Of a DNA stretch of 64,000 nucleotides, positions 1 to 13,391 are shown piece after piece. Source of the stretch: Octopus sinensis (Eukaryota). A program made the translations under genes and the position numbers. Below the pieces are notes generated by a model. The model searched no databases. It saw only the letters and a program-made list of their open reading frames with translations, and was not told the DNA's origin. The DNA is taken from NCBI RefSeq assembly GCF_006345805.1, contig NC_042997.1:32674001-32738000 (forward strand), read 5' to 3'. Within the stretch, counting starts at the first letter, position 1. Each line of letters opens with the position of its first letter.

Positions 1-387
1 TGCTTTTTATATGTCACCATCATCCATGCTTTTTATATGGCACCATCATCCATGCTTTTTATATGGCACCATCATCATCCATGCTTTTTATATGTCACCA
101 TCATCCATGCTTTTATATGGCACCATCATCCATGCTTTTTATATGTCACCATCATCCATGCTTTTTATATGTCACCATCATCCATGCTTTTTATATGTCA
201 CCATCATCCATGCTTTTTATATGGCACCATCATCCATGCTTTTTATATGGCACCATCATCCATGCTTTTTATATGGCACCATCATCCATGCTTTTTATAT
301 GGCACCATCATCCATGCTTTTTATATGTCACCATCATCCATGCTTTTTATATGTCACCATCATCCATGCTTTTTATATGGCACCATT
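1..387. repeat. 26-bp minisatellite TGCTTTTTATATG(T/G)CACCATCATCCA, about 15 units, cut by window edge
   Basis: Counted directly; one 29-bp and one 25-bp variant unit. Confidence 0.95.
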
Positions 388-532
388 CCACTTATATGTA
401 CAGAGATATTGACAGTTTGAGGGGAATGACCAGCTACAAACTCAATATAACTGGACAGATCATTATATGAAATACAGAAAGCATATTTTTATAAAGAAAT
501 AAAAAAAACAAGAAAAATAAAAGAAGTCTTAC

Positions 533-838
533 TTCTGGCATATTCATATCATCTACAAAGTAGATAAGCTTCTTGTTACCAAGGGGACCATAGTTTCTTC
601 CTGCTTTTTTTTCAAGTGGTTTTTCCAGAATTCGTTGTAGCATTTCAGATGTTGTGTAAAAGTTGAAGGGCACATTGGCAATCACATATTCATCGGGGAG
701 AGATATCAGTTTGTCCTGCATGAGGACCGTCTTGCCACTTCCTGCTGTTCCAACAAGCATCACAGGCCTCTTTGAAGCAATTAGGATGTCCAGAAAGTAC
801 CGGATTCGAGTTGTTTCAGCTGTTGGCACCATAGTTGC
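533..838 (-). CDS. DNAH9: Dynein HC exon, AAA3 Walker A (GTAGSGKT...FVDDMNMPE)
   Basis: Acceptor tgacag, donor GTAAGA, 306 nt. Confidence 0.95.
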
Positions 839-3760
839 CTGTCAACAAACATTACAAACTTACTAATTACAATAATTTCCCAGAACAAAGTAGAACAAAA
901 ACAAAACATATTGCAAATCTAATGAGCTGATAATAAACTTGAAATAAACTATGATGATCTATAGGCCCCAATTTCACCTAATATGGAATACGGCATATAT
1001 ATTTGGGATGGTAAACCTTTAAATTCTGATATTGTACATTTAATTTACATTATGTCAGATCAATAAGGATAGTCACTAATTACTAGATTTGGAAACTAAG
1101 GGTCTGTATCAACATACCTCAAGAGAGATAGGAAATATTGAGTGTAGGGACATTTACATTTAGGCGAAGAAAATATGAAAAGTCTAAACAGTTATACCTA
1201 TGTTTATAGAACTATCTAAAGTTAATAAAGAACACATATTGGGGAACAAATAACAACAATAAAAGTATGCTTTTAAAAAATAAGATGAGAAGTACATCAA
1301 GGTTTTGTACTATATCCACTTCTTTCTACTCTATCTCTATTTTATCTTTTATTTATGATAATAATTACCACTAGATATTTGGTTTTTCCGGACCTGTTCC
1401 ATGCAGTTTAAGTTTGTATTCTGATATGGCTCTCTTTTTTTCACATCATCATCATCATTGTTCGACCATGGTCGAGGCAATGGAATTTACCATGCTACGC
1501 CAGACTTCACGGTCCATCATGGCATTACGGAGGTCCTGTTGCTGGATGCCTGTATCCCTGGAGATTACATCAGAGTAGGAGAGTGTGCGCCCTCTGGTAT
1601 TGCGAGTAGATGGCTTCCAGAGGAGAAGAGTAGAAATTACCTCTTTTTCAGCTCTACAACAATGTCCAGCAAATTGGACTCTCCTACCTTTCACAAGAGA
1701 TGACACAGGTGGTAGTTTCCCATATATTTGCATTTTGGTTGGATGGCACTTCCACGAGAGATTTTGAGCTCTCATAAGGAGGCGAGTGTAGGTTCCATCC
1801 AACCGCCTCTCTTTTTTCACAAGATAACCAATGCAGGTTCAAAATATAAAAAAAAAATGGGTGTGTATTGGTGTGCAATTAGTTTTAACTGCCTTCTAAA
1901 CTACAGAAAATTCTTGCACATTTTTTGCCAGTCTCACATAGAATAAATTTGCAGAACTCACATTATATTTCCCTTATGAAATAATCCCAACTTTTTATTA
2001 CATTAAAAGTTTGCAGCATAACCGAAAATACCAATAATTATAGGTATAGGTAGGAACTTATGATGAGGTCATACGAGTTAGCTATGTATTCCCAATCAGA
2101 AAATGTTCAATTCCTGGTCCATACAATTGTTCCTTCTCAAGTCATGCCTGGCTCATAAGGGCCGGTTTCCCGGTTTCCTTGGCATAAAGGTTCCCCACTT
2201 GGATGGGATGCCAGTCAGTTGCAGGTGAGCTGCAAGATGCAGGAGGAAAGAGTGAGAGAAAGTTGTAGTGAAAGAGTCAGTAGAAGTTCACCATTGCCTT
2301 CTGCTGGAGCCGTGTGGAGCTTAGGTGTTTCGCTCATGAATACACACATCGCCCAGTCTGAGATTCGAACCCACGATCCCTTGACCGAGAGTCCACTGCT
2401 CTAACCACTAGGTCATGTGCCTCCACTGGTCCATACAATTACACTGCAGCCTTTCTCATGGAAGCCCCCAAAAGATGGAATTTTACCAACCTCAAAAAAA
2501 TGTAATTCCTACAGAACATGTTATTGTGGTAGAGACACACCTGTGCATACATTAATAACATCACAATAATCACTGGTACCATGTCACCTAAAACTTCAGC
2601 AACACACTCACCAACATCATATACTACATCCCATGAAAACTCAGTGGTGGCCTCTACATTGGTGGAAGAAGTTATAATCTGGGTAATTGCCTCTACAAGT
2701 ACCTTCACTTCGCACTCCAATTCACACTATAATGCACTCCAAGTCAACTCATGGCCCACCATTTCAACACACGAAGACACTCCATGAACCATGTCTCAAT
2801 GTCTGGCATGTCTGTCCACCTCAGGATATCACACACCAGAAAACAAAAGAATATCACATTGTATTAGCTCTTGAAACATATCTCCTAGATCCAAGCAAAA
2901 ATTTCTCCTCCTCTACTTCCTAATCACAGTCCACCTGCTTTTACATATGTATGTCATTAGAAGCTTTCATTTTTCTCTATTTCTGTAAATTTTAGTTTTA
3001 TTTCTTTCCTATTTCTAAAAAAAATTATTATTGTGTATATTTACTCATGTGAGGCGCAATGGCCCAGTGGTCAGGGCAGCGGACTCACGGTCGGAGGATC
3101 GCGGTTTCGATTCCCAGACCGGGCGTTGTGTGTGTTTATTGAGCGAAGACACCTAAAAGCTCCACGAGGCTCCGGCAGGGGGTGGTGGCAACCTCTGTTG
3201 TACTCTTTCTCCACAACTTTCTCTCACTCTCTCTTCCTGTTTCTTGAGTAACGCTGTGATGGACTGCGTCCCGTCCAGCTGGGGGGAACACATACCCCAC
3301 AGAAACCGGGAAACTGGGCCCATGAACCTGGCTAGGCTTGAAAAGGGCGATATTTATTGTTTATATTTGCTCATAAATAAGAACATAAGCGCTGGTATCA
3401 CAGCTTTCCTTGTTCAATTTCAAGGTTTGATACTGACTGTTTTCCAATTCTGTCCACATAAAGGTGCAGGCATGCCTGTATGGTAAAGAAGCTTACTTTA
3501 AACCACATGGTTTCAGGTTCAGTCCCACTGCACAACACTTTGGGCAAGTGTCTTCTACTATAGTCTCAGTTCATCAAATACCTATGTATAAGTGTGTGTT
3601 TGTGCTTGTCCTCTTACCATCGCTTGACAACCTGAGTTGGTTTGTTTATGTCACTGTAACTTAGAAGTTCAGCAAAAGTTACTGATAGAATAAGTAAAAG
3701 ACTTAAAAAAATAAATACTGGGGTCACTAAGTTCAGTTAAATCTTTCAAGGCAATACTCC

Positions 3761-3795
<35 letters not shown>

Positions 3796-5247
3796 TGTGT
3801 ACAGTGCTCAGGTGCACTACAACTCATCTAAAGTGTATATATAATCAGGTGTAGTTTCGGCGGATTTCGGAAAGCATGAAGGCCTTAAAAGATGCAGTGT
3901 CATGGCAGTCAACAACTGCACTCCAATGATTAAAACATGCAAAAGACAGAAGATAAAAGATATAATTTATATCACTGAATATATTTTCCTTTTTTGCTTA
4001 ATGGAATAAAGTCCTAAAATGTTCAGCTTCTCCCAGAGGTTCATCTGCTTCATAGAGTAGTAATATTGGATTTGTAGTAATATTGGATTGCTACAGCTAA
4101 TGTTATTTAATAATCCAGACAACTGAGGATAAATGTCTTCCAAATAACGAACATACTTTCTTGTTCTCTTGTTCTAAGTGGTCACAGAATCATTTAGAAC
4201 AAGAAAACATTGTTGCCATTTTAATAACATGCATATTTATCATTATTTTTGTTTTGATCCTCGAATCATTCCTGAATTGTGACTCTGGGGTTGCAATCTT
4301 TTGTGGACCTGTGTAACCTGTTTACAATGCATTATTTCAACCTACATGCATATTGCATTGAGTTCTTTCTGTATCATTTTGACAATACTAGGATTCTTGT
4401 TGCTCATGATATTTTCATATATATATATATAAATTCATAAATGAGGGTGAAAAATTAGATATTAATTTAATAATACCATCAGTTTAACACCAAGTGGCTT
4501 AGCACATAAAAAACCAGGGAGACAATACAAATTTATACATAAATATAAGAGAGTTACCACTAAGTGGTTAACTCTAGTGCTAAAAATAGCTTCTTATTCT
4601 GGTATAGCCACCGAAGTTGTTTCCACCAAGAAATAACATTACCTTCAACGTAAGGAAAGTGAAATACAACAAAAAGATAGATTCTATCTTCTAGCAGTAA
4701 CTCTCTTATATTTATGTATATACATATATATATATATATATTCATCTGTTCATTTAGCATGCAGTTTTATGTCCTAGCATAAGTTGCATAGGGACATATT
4801 TGAGGCAGGATTTTGCAACTGAATGCTCTCCCTGGTTTTAACCCTTATCTGCTTTGCAAGTTACAGATGTCCTTTTTCTAATTTCACAGATCATCGAAAG
4901 CACAGTGCTCATGCTTCCTTTAATATATATATATATATATATCATTATCATCACGTGATTGACCAGTCCATCAGATGTAGTTACACATCGCTGGTCACAA
5001 TGCATTCGCATTGTTTTAGCCTTCGAATGACGCCACCCTGCTGGCTAAACGAGCAGGCCAACAAAAGTAAGAGTGAGAGAAAGTTGTGGTGAAAGAGTAC
5101 AGCAGAGATAACCCCCCCCCCTGCCGGAGCCTCGTGGAGCTTTTCAGGTGTTTTCGCTCAATAAACACTCACAACGCCTGTCTGGGAATCGAAACCGCGA
5201 TCTTACGACCGCGAGTCTGCTGCCCTAACCGCTGGGCCATTGCGCCT

Positions 5248-5306
<59 letters not shown>

Positions 5307-8300
5307 ATTTACATCAGCTATATATATATATATATATATATAAAACACACAAAAACAGGTTCCCATACAGTTTCCATGTATGACAGTCATATTTACAAGG
5401 CATTGGTCAACCCATGGCTACAGTACAAAAGACTTGGCCAAAATGCTGCACAATGGGACTGAACCCACAACTACATGGTTGGTAAACAAACTTCTAAAGC
5501 AAATAACTAAACCTGATGTATATATAATTCAACAGAAGCTGAAACTTCACTGACACAGCTCCAAGTGCTTTGACAATAAAATATTTCTTACTTCTAAATC
5601 ACCTTTATCAAGGCTGACTGTCTGACAGTTTTTATTTATATAATGTGTCAAGATTACCAAAACAAACATCAGCTGTCACCAATATCAATTGCTTTCAACT
5701 GGACTGACTTAACTTCAGTAGTGGAGACTAAACAAACTTATTGTTTATAATTAAAACAATAAATTCTAACATAGACACAAGGCGCAGGAGTGGCTGTGTG
5801 GTAAGTAGCTTGCCTACCAACCACACAGTTCTGGGTTCAGTCCCACTGCGTGGCATCTTGGGCAAGTGTCTTCTGCTATAGCCTCGGGCCGACCAATGCC
5901 TTGTGAGTGGAATTGGTAGACGGAAACTGAAAGAAGCCTGTCGTATATATGTATATATATGTGTGTGTGTGTGTGTGTTTTGTGTGTCTGTGTTTGTCCC
6001 TTGGGCATTGCTTGACAACTGATGCTGGTGTGTTTGCGTCCCCGTCAATTAGCGGTTCGGCAGAAGAGACCGATAGAATAAGTACTGGGCTTACAAAGAA
6101 TAAGTGCCGGGGTCGATTTGCTCAACTAAAGGCGGTGCTCCAGCATGGCCGCAGTCAAATGACTGAAACGAGTAAAAGAGTATAGACACAAGGCCTTGAC
6201 TATGGAGAAGGGAACAGTTGATATTATCAATGTCAGTACTTGACAGGTACTTTATTTTATTAACCTTGGAGGGATGAAAAGCAAAGTCAACTTCAGTGGG
6301 ATTTGAACTACAAACCTAGAAGGATGTAACTAAAAACGGTGAGGTTGTTTGTCCCTGGCTCTGCTGATTAGGACAATTAATGATATAAAGATATTTTTTT
6401 CTAATTTTTGGCAGCAGCTATTTTGAGGGAAGGGGTAATTGATTATATTTACCCCAGGGTTGAACAGGAACTTATTTTATTGATCCCAAAAAGATGGAAG
6501 GCAAAGTCAATTTTGATGGCACTTGAACATGGAATGTAAAGCCAGAGGAAATGCTTCTGATCATTTTGTCTGACATGCTAACAATTCTGCCAGCTCACCA
6601 CCCAGAATCATAATAATAATGATAATGACAATCAACAGAAGTACAAGATCACAGTCACTGCTTATAGTCAGGCCAACAGCATCTTCAACTTTCTGTAATC
6701 CTTATTCAACAACTTGAATTAGGCATTAAACTTCTTACTTTGCATAACAATAAACTTAATATTCTACAAACTCTTGTTTCAACTAATTGCTGCTGACATA
6801 GGCTTTTACCAGTTCTTCAGATGCTACTCTTTATTCTAAATCTAATATAATGAATGTGAAAACTAATTTCTGTGTGTCAGTGTGTCACATTTGGGCCCCT
6901 CTTTCACTATTCAATGACACTTCTACTATTCCTCGTGATGGGGTGAGAGTAATAGTAAGCATAAAGACAATGAGGGTGATGGTGAAGACAGAGAGAGAGA
7001 GAGAGATAGAAAAAGAGAGGAAGAGAAAGAGAGGCAAAGAAATTTAGGGAGAGTTGATGATGCTTTATTAAAAGTAGTAGTGTTGATGGTGACAGTGGGA
7101 GTAATAATAAAAGGGTGAGAAAGAGTGGGTAAGTGAGAGAAAGAGGGAGACGGTGTACAACTTTAACCATGACTCTTTGACAGAAATTCCTGTGGCCAAC
7201 ATACTGAACACTATCATTTTTGTTTTATTTTTTGCTTTTAATACACACACACACACACACAAATGTGAATGTTAGGGTGTCGCACTTTTTCAACTTTACT
7301 CCTAGAGACCGTAGCCCAACATATCATACCATTTTGGAATCAAGCTGACTCCGTGAGTAAATTAAAAACATTCTGGGCTGAATCCTGACCCACAATCCTG
7401 AAATTTTGGATTCCCAAGTTTTCATTACTGTGATTGTTTCCAGCAATTTGTTAACATGATTTTTTTGTGACAAAATAACAATTTTTATAATCTAACGGCT
7501 AACTCTGTGAGTAAATTAAAAACATTCCAGGTCGAATCCGAATCTGCAATCCTGAAATTTTGGATTCCTGTTTTCATTACTATCATTGTTTTCAGTGATT
7601 TTTTTTACATAATTTTCTGAGACGAGTATGACCATCATTGGGATATGACTCTGGAGGAAGCAATTGCAACAAATTTTCTAGTCATTAATACACGAGATAT
7701 TTTAAAGGTGATGTTTTAAATTAAAAAGTTTTTTTTAATATTTTTTAGAGCTGTTTTAAATTTAAGAAATCAGTACCTGGAGTGGTATTTCTGGATCTAA
7801 TTCAAATTTTGCGACACGTTTGCTCCAGTGTTCAAATTTCTTTGTCTCAGGGTCGATGTAATAATCAAAGACAGTACCCTGACTTGGAAATTTCACTGAC
7901 TTGAATTCGTTAACCCACCATTTGGTGAATTCATTTCTATAGTCCACCAGCTGAAAGTAAAAATTATTTATATTATTCTTTACTCTTTTATTTTAAGTTC
8001 AAATAGTTTATTTTCTTTGTATCACACAGTTTATTTGTGTGAATGAAAAATTCAAAATATTCTATACAGTAAGGCACAGGAGTAGCTGTGTGGTAAATAG
8101 CTTGCTAACCAACCACATGGTTCCGGGTTCAGTCCCACTGTGTGGCATCTTGGGCAAGTGTCTTCTGCTATAGCCCCAGGCCGACCAATGCCTTGTGAGT
8201 GGATTTGGTAGACAGACACTGAAAAGAAGCCTGTCGTATATATGTATATATATATGTGTGTGTGTGTTTGTGTGTCTGTGGTTGTCCCCCTAGCATTGCT

Positions 8301-10617
8301 TGACAACCGATGCTGGTGTGTTTACGTCCCCGTCACTTAGCGGTTCGGCAAAAGAGACCGATAGAATAAGTACTGGGCTTACAAAGAATAAGTTCCGGGG
8401 TCGATTTGCTCGATTAAAGGCGGTGCTCCAGCATGGCCGCAGTCAAATGACTGAAACAAGTAAAAGAGTAAATGTTTTCATTCGTTTTTTTTTTTCTTAA
8501 ATTTCTGTCATGGAAAAAGAATTGGTCACTAGTCTAATAAACACGTGGCATTCATGAACATCCTTTTAGGCAACAACTTTGCAGCATCACATACTAGACT
8601 TAAGAAAAGAGACTGGAGAGATAAAACAAAATTGACTTTGGCAAGATTTGAAATCAGAACATAAAAGAGCTGGAAGAAGTACCACAAGGCATTTTCTAAT
8701 GTTTTGACAATTTTGTCAATCCAAACATTGACAACAGTAGGTTTAATGGTGAAAATTGTAAAGACTATACTGGTGATGGCAGTGGTGGTGGTGGTGATAA
8801 TGGTGACAAGAATGATGATGATAATGATAATGATGATCATCATGATCATCATGACAAACATGATGCTGCTGATTGTTTGTTTGTTTGTTTGTTTGTTGAG
8901 CGAAGCGGTCTTCATCCCAGTGGGAGAAGTCCGAAACATGGTCCTTTGCTATTCATAAGACCTGCAGAAGAGAAAGCAGGTCAACCCCCGACACCGAGAG
9001 CATCGACGGATAGATGAATGCGCATCCAGGCTCAGCGGTTGCGTAGGAAGTCGGGGACAAGCAACAGGAAGAAAGAGTGAGAGAAAGTTGGAGCGAAAGA
9101 GTACAACAGGGGTCACCACCACCTCCTGCCGGAGCCTCGTGGAGCTTTTAGGTGTTTTCGCTCAATAAACACACACAACGCCTGGTCTGGGAATCAAAAC
9201 TGCGATCCTCTGACCGGGAGTCCGCTGCCCTAACCACTGGGCGCCTCCACTGATGCTGCTGATGTAGATGCTGGTGCCAATGATGATAACAATAATAATG
9301 ATAACATTTTTTTATTTTAAAACTAGCAGTATCACCCGGCGTTGCTCGGGTTTTTAAGGGAAATAACTATAAAGCATTTTTAGAGAGTTATAGCCAAAAA
9401 ATAGCCAAAAAATGCATTAAAAATGGAAAAAAAATGATGGTAAATTTTTTTTAAATCGTTGACTCATCGTAGACATTATTAGAGAGTTACTTCCCTTATA
9501 TTTTAAAAAATATGCATTAAAATGGAAAAAAATGATGGTAAATTATTTTTAAAATCGTAGAATCATCATAGACGCGCGCTAATACCCAGAAGGGCTTGAT
9601 ATGAATCACGACTATAAGATACCCGGTTTTGGTTAAACTGCACCGCAAAATGTGGGAGTAGTTAGGAATCTAAATTGGAGTAGACAGACACACAACCTTT
9701 CTTTTATATATAAAGATGTCCATAACTCTCTCACCTGGTCCTGGAACATAGCACCACCAAATGCCCAGATGCATGCAAAAACAAAATACAGTTCATAAAG
9801 CTCCTTAGGAGAGTCAGCTGGTGTGTTTTCTGGGCTGAGCAAACATTCTAAAAGGTAACACAACATCTGTATTTGACTACACTCAGCAATAGGTGTAATT
9901 TTTTTGAATCGTTGTCGTAGAGTTTCTAAACAGGTCGGTACATATTTGTCAAAGAGAATGGTCAAATTAGCCTTTTCTGACTGAATTTCCCTCCTGTCAA
10001 TCCAGCTCTGAACATAGCTGAAATGTAGAAAAATAGGAGAAATATAAACTATAATTAGTAACTGATCAAACAAGGGAACTTCTATGTAGTCAATTGCCCT
10101 GTTAGAAAAAGCAGTCCCATTCACCTCAAATCACATTTTATCATCTTAAATAAAGAGAGATACATTGAACATACAACAACAATAACAGGTGTTTTGAGGT
10201 CATTTTCCAGTGAAAGCAGGGTTTAGTTTTGTGGGACCCCAAGACAGCTTTTTTTTTTTTTTTCCATTTTGCTCTATTCTCTTCATCAAATCCTTTGCTT
10301 TCATTTCATTTTCCATCATCTTTAGCAATTTACCTTTCCCCTATTTCCTTTCACATTCCTCTCTATCGTTCTTCTTATCTGGTTTTCTTCATTCATCTTC
10401 AGCACATCATCCATTCATCCCATTTCTTTTTAAAATATCCATCACTAATTCTATATTGCAGGAGTGGCTGTGTGGTAAGTAGCTCGCTAACCAACCACAT
10501 GGTTCCGGGTTCAGTCCCATTGCATGGCAACTTGGGCAAGTGTCTTCTGCTATAGCCCCAGGCCAACCAATGCCTTGTCAGTGGATTTGGTAGACGGAAA
10601 CTGAAAGAAGCCTGTCG

Positions 10618-10652
<35 letters not shown>

Positions 10653-13357
10653 TTGTGTGTCTGTGTTTGTCCCCCTAGCATCGCTTGACAACCGATGCTG
10701 GTGTGTTTATGTTCCCGTTACTTAGCGGGCTTACTGTACTGGGCTTACAAAGAATAAGTCCCGGGGTCGATTTGCTTGACTAAAGGCGGTGCTCCAGCAT
10801 GCCGCAGTCAAATGACTGAAACAAGTAAAAGAGTAAAAGAGTAAAGAGTATTCTCTGCAATTCATCGATTGGTTTCTTGTTTTGTCTTTCCTTTAGTGAT
10901 GCCCCATTCAGCCTCTCATTCTGTTCTTTCATTCTCAATTCTTTCCTGCCTTTCCTGCTTCTTTGCATTCATCACCCCGGTTTTACTCTCATAAATTATA
11001 ATACTTCTCACACCTGCTATTTACACTGTTCCCTTCAATTTCAGTGACACCAGCCCCACCTCATAAATATACCACCCAGTCCCCAGCACTTCTATGCACA
11101 ATTTACACAAGACCATTTTGATCAAGTACTGTGATCTGGTTACACAATAACTATTAGAAATATAAAGAAAACAAGGTAAAAGATGGTAATGAAAAGAGAA
11201 TTTTAAAAGATGCTATCATGCGTTAAATTCAACTGAAGTTGAAAGTCAACAAAGTTTGCTTTAGAAACGTTGAGATGTATTGAAAAATACAGATTTTTCT
11301 GCAAAATATGGATAGTTTATCCTGTTCATCATCATGATCATCATCATCATCGTTTAACGTCCATTCTCCATGCTAGCATGGGTTGGACGGTTCGACCGGG
11401 GATCTGGTAAGCCAGAAGGCTGCACTAGGCTCCAGTCTTATCCGGCAATATTTCTACAGCTGGATGCCCTTCCTAACGCCAACCACTTCGTGAGTGTAGT
11501 GGGTGCTTTTTATGTGCCACCTGCACAGGTGCCAGGCAAGGCTGGCATCGGCCACGGTTGGATTGGTGCATTTTACGTGCCACCGGCACGGAAGCCAGTC
11601 AAGGCGGCACTGGCTTCGGCCACGATTCATGCTATATTATTAGCATTATATTGTATTTGAGAATAAAATTATTTCCTTATCTGAGAATTTTAAAATTTTA
11701 ATTAAAAGGTTTTAACTATTTAAGTATGCTTGTGAAAAAAAAGCTCAGGTAAATGGGATCCATTTTACCTAATACTTTAACAGACGGTTCCTTAATACAA
11801 TGAAACATCTCAGCAACTGATAAATGTTTTTTTTTTTTTCATAAGCTAATAATGAGTCTTTATGGGATCACTTGACTGGCTAGAAACAACACTCAAATCT
11901 CTTTTGTATCACATCCTACTGTCATGAAAAAAGGAAGGACAGATTGGATAATGTTGCTCTAGATATACAATGCCTAAAAGTAGGATGAGATGGTTACACT
12001 TGGACTGCTTCTGATCATAGGCCTTTACCCACATGAGGATTTGAGCTCAGTATCACAAACGAGATGTTCATCTCCAATACGGTGTTTACTATATAATGGC
12101 TTTACTGGTCAGAAGTGGTCAGTATCCGAAGAAGATGAAATCATCATCATCATCGTTTAATGTCCGTTTTCCGCGCTAGCACGGGTTGGACGGTTCGACC
12201 GGGGTCTGGGAAGCCGGGGCTGCACCAGGCTCCAGTCTGATCTGGCAGTGTTTCTACAGCTGGATGCCCTTCCTAACGCCAACCACTCAACCAATACTAA
12301 CACCAATTTACCTATCAATTAGTCCCTATGATAGCACCCAACATTAGGAGTTCAGAGACTACCTTCAGCCTTATGATGCATACAGCCAAAAGTTAGCAAT
12401 ACTGTTGTTACTATCAAAAGTTGACTATCACTGATTTCACCAAATTTATTGCAGTCAAGGGCCCACTGGGAAGTGAAATAAGAAACTAGGTCTCTCATAG
12501 ATCTGGTTAGACAAAAGTCAAATTTACTAGTTGATTACAGCTAGAATGTGCATGATGATAGGTTAGCTTGATCAGAGATGATCTGAGACTAAACAACACA
12601 AACAACTTACGGATTCCAACCAAGATCCTGTGGGTTGATATATAAAATTCCAGCCCTTGATACAGTAGCAGGAGTAGCTGTCTTCAGATGGCTGATTTCG
12701 AAAAGCAAGCGCATAGATGGAGTAAGAGGGATACGTTCATTACTGGCTAAAGTAAGCACTTTATTGTCATCCATAACAGTGTTCAGAGATTCTATCCACA
12801 TTGGATCAATGTCTCCATCCAAGACAATCCATTTCGGACCATCTCCACTCATATTTGAAAGGTCTCTCATTATTACAGAAAACAGGCCTAAATGAAACAA
12901 AAAAATGGAAGGAAAAAAATTAATTTTAAAAGAAAATTGTTTGAAAATATTTTAAGAATGCTAATATACGACACTTGCTTCTAAATTGCATGTTTATAGT
13001 ATGTGATGGGTGTATTCAATATGCAAAAAATACACACACAGATACATGCACATACATACCTGTCTTCTTTAGTAAATTTGTATATTTGCATATAATTTGC
13101 ATATGTGTGTGTGTGCGTATACAGTGTTGGCCAAAAGTCACCCAACAGTAAATCAAAATTCCATAAATGCTATCTGTAATTCAGTATTGACTCAAATGGA
13201 AAAATGTGTCACTCAAGAAGGATTTCAGCTGCATAAAATGATGGGAGAAGTGAATCACCCAAAGTGGAGGTTATGTAGGGAAGGACTAATAATTATGCCA
13301 AGTTTCGATTATCCCAGTCCTTGGGAAGTGGGTCAGGGGAAATCTTTAATGAACACC

Positions 13358-13391
<34 letters not shown>

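Noticed and set aside
11-470. Three overlapping His/Phe-rich ORFs
   Set aside because: Translations of the 26-bp minisatellite; intronic, with no splice or homology support.
5728-6185. Recurrent ORFs such as [16 protein letters not shown] and ...[17 protein letters not shown]...
   Set aside because: Repeated translations of SINE group A, not a gene family.
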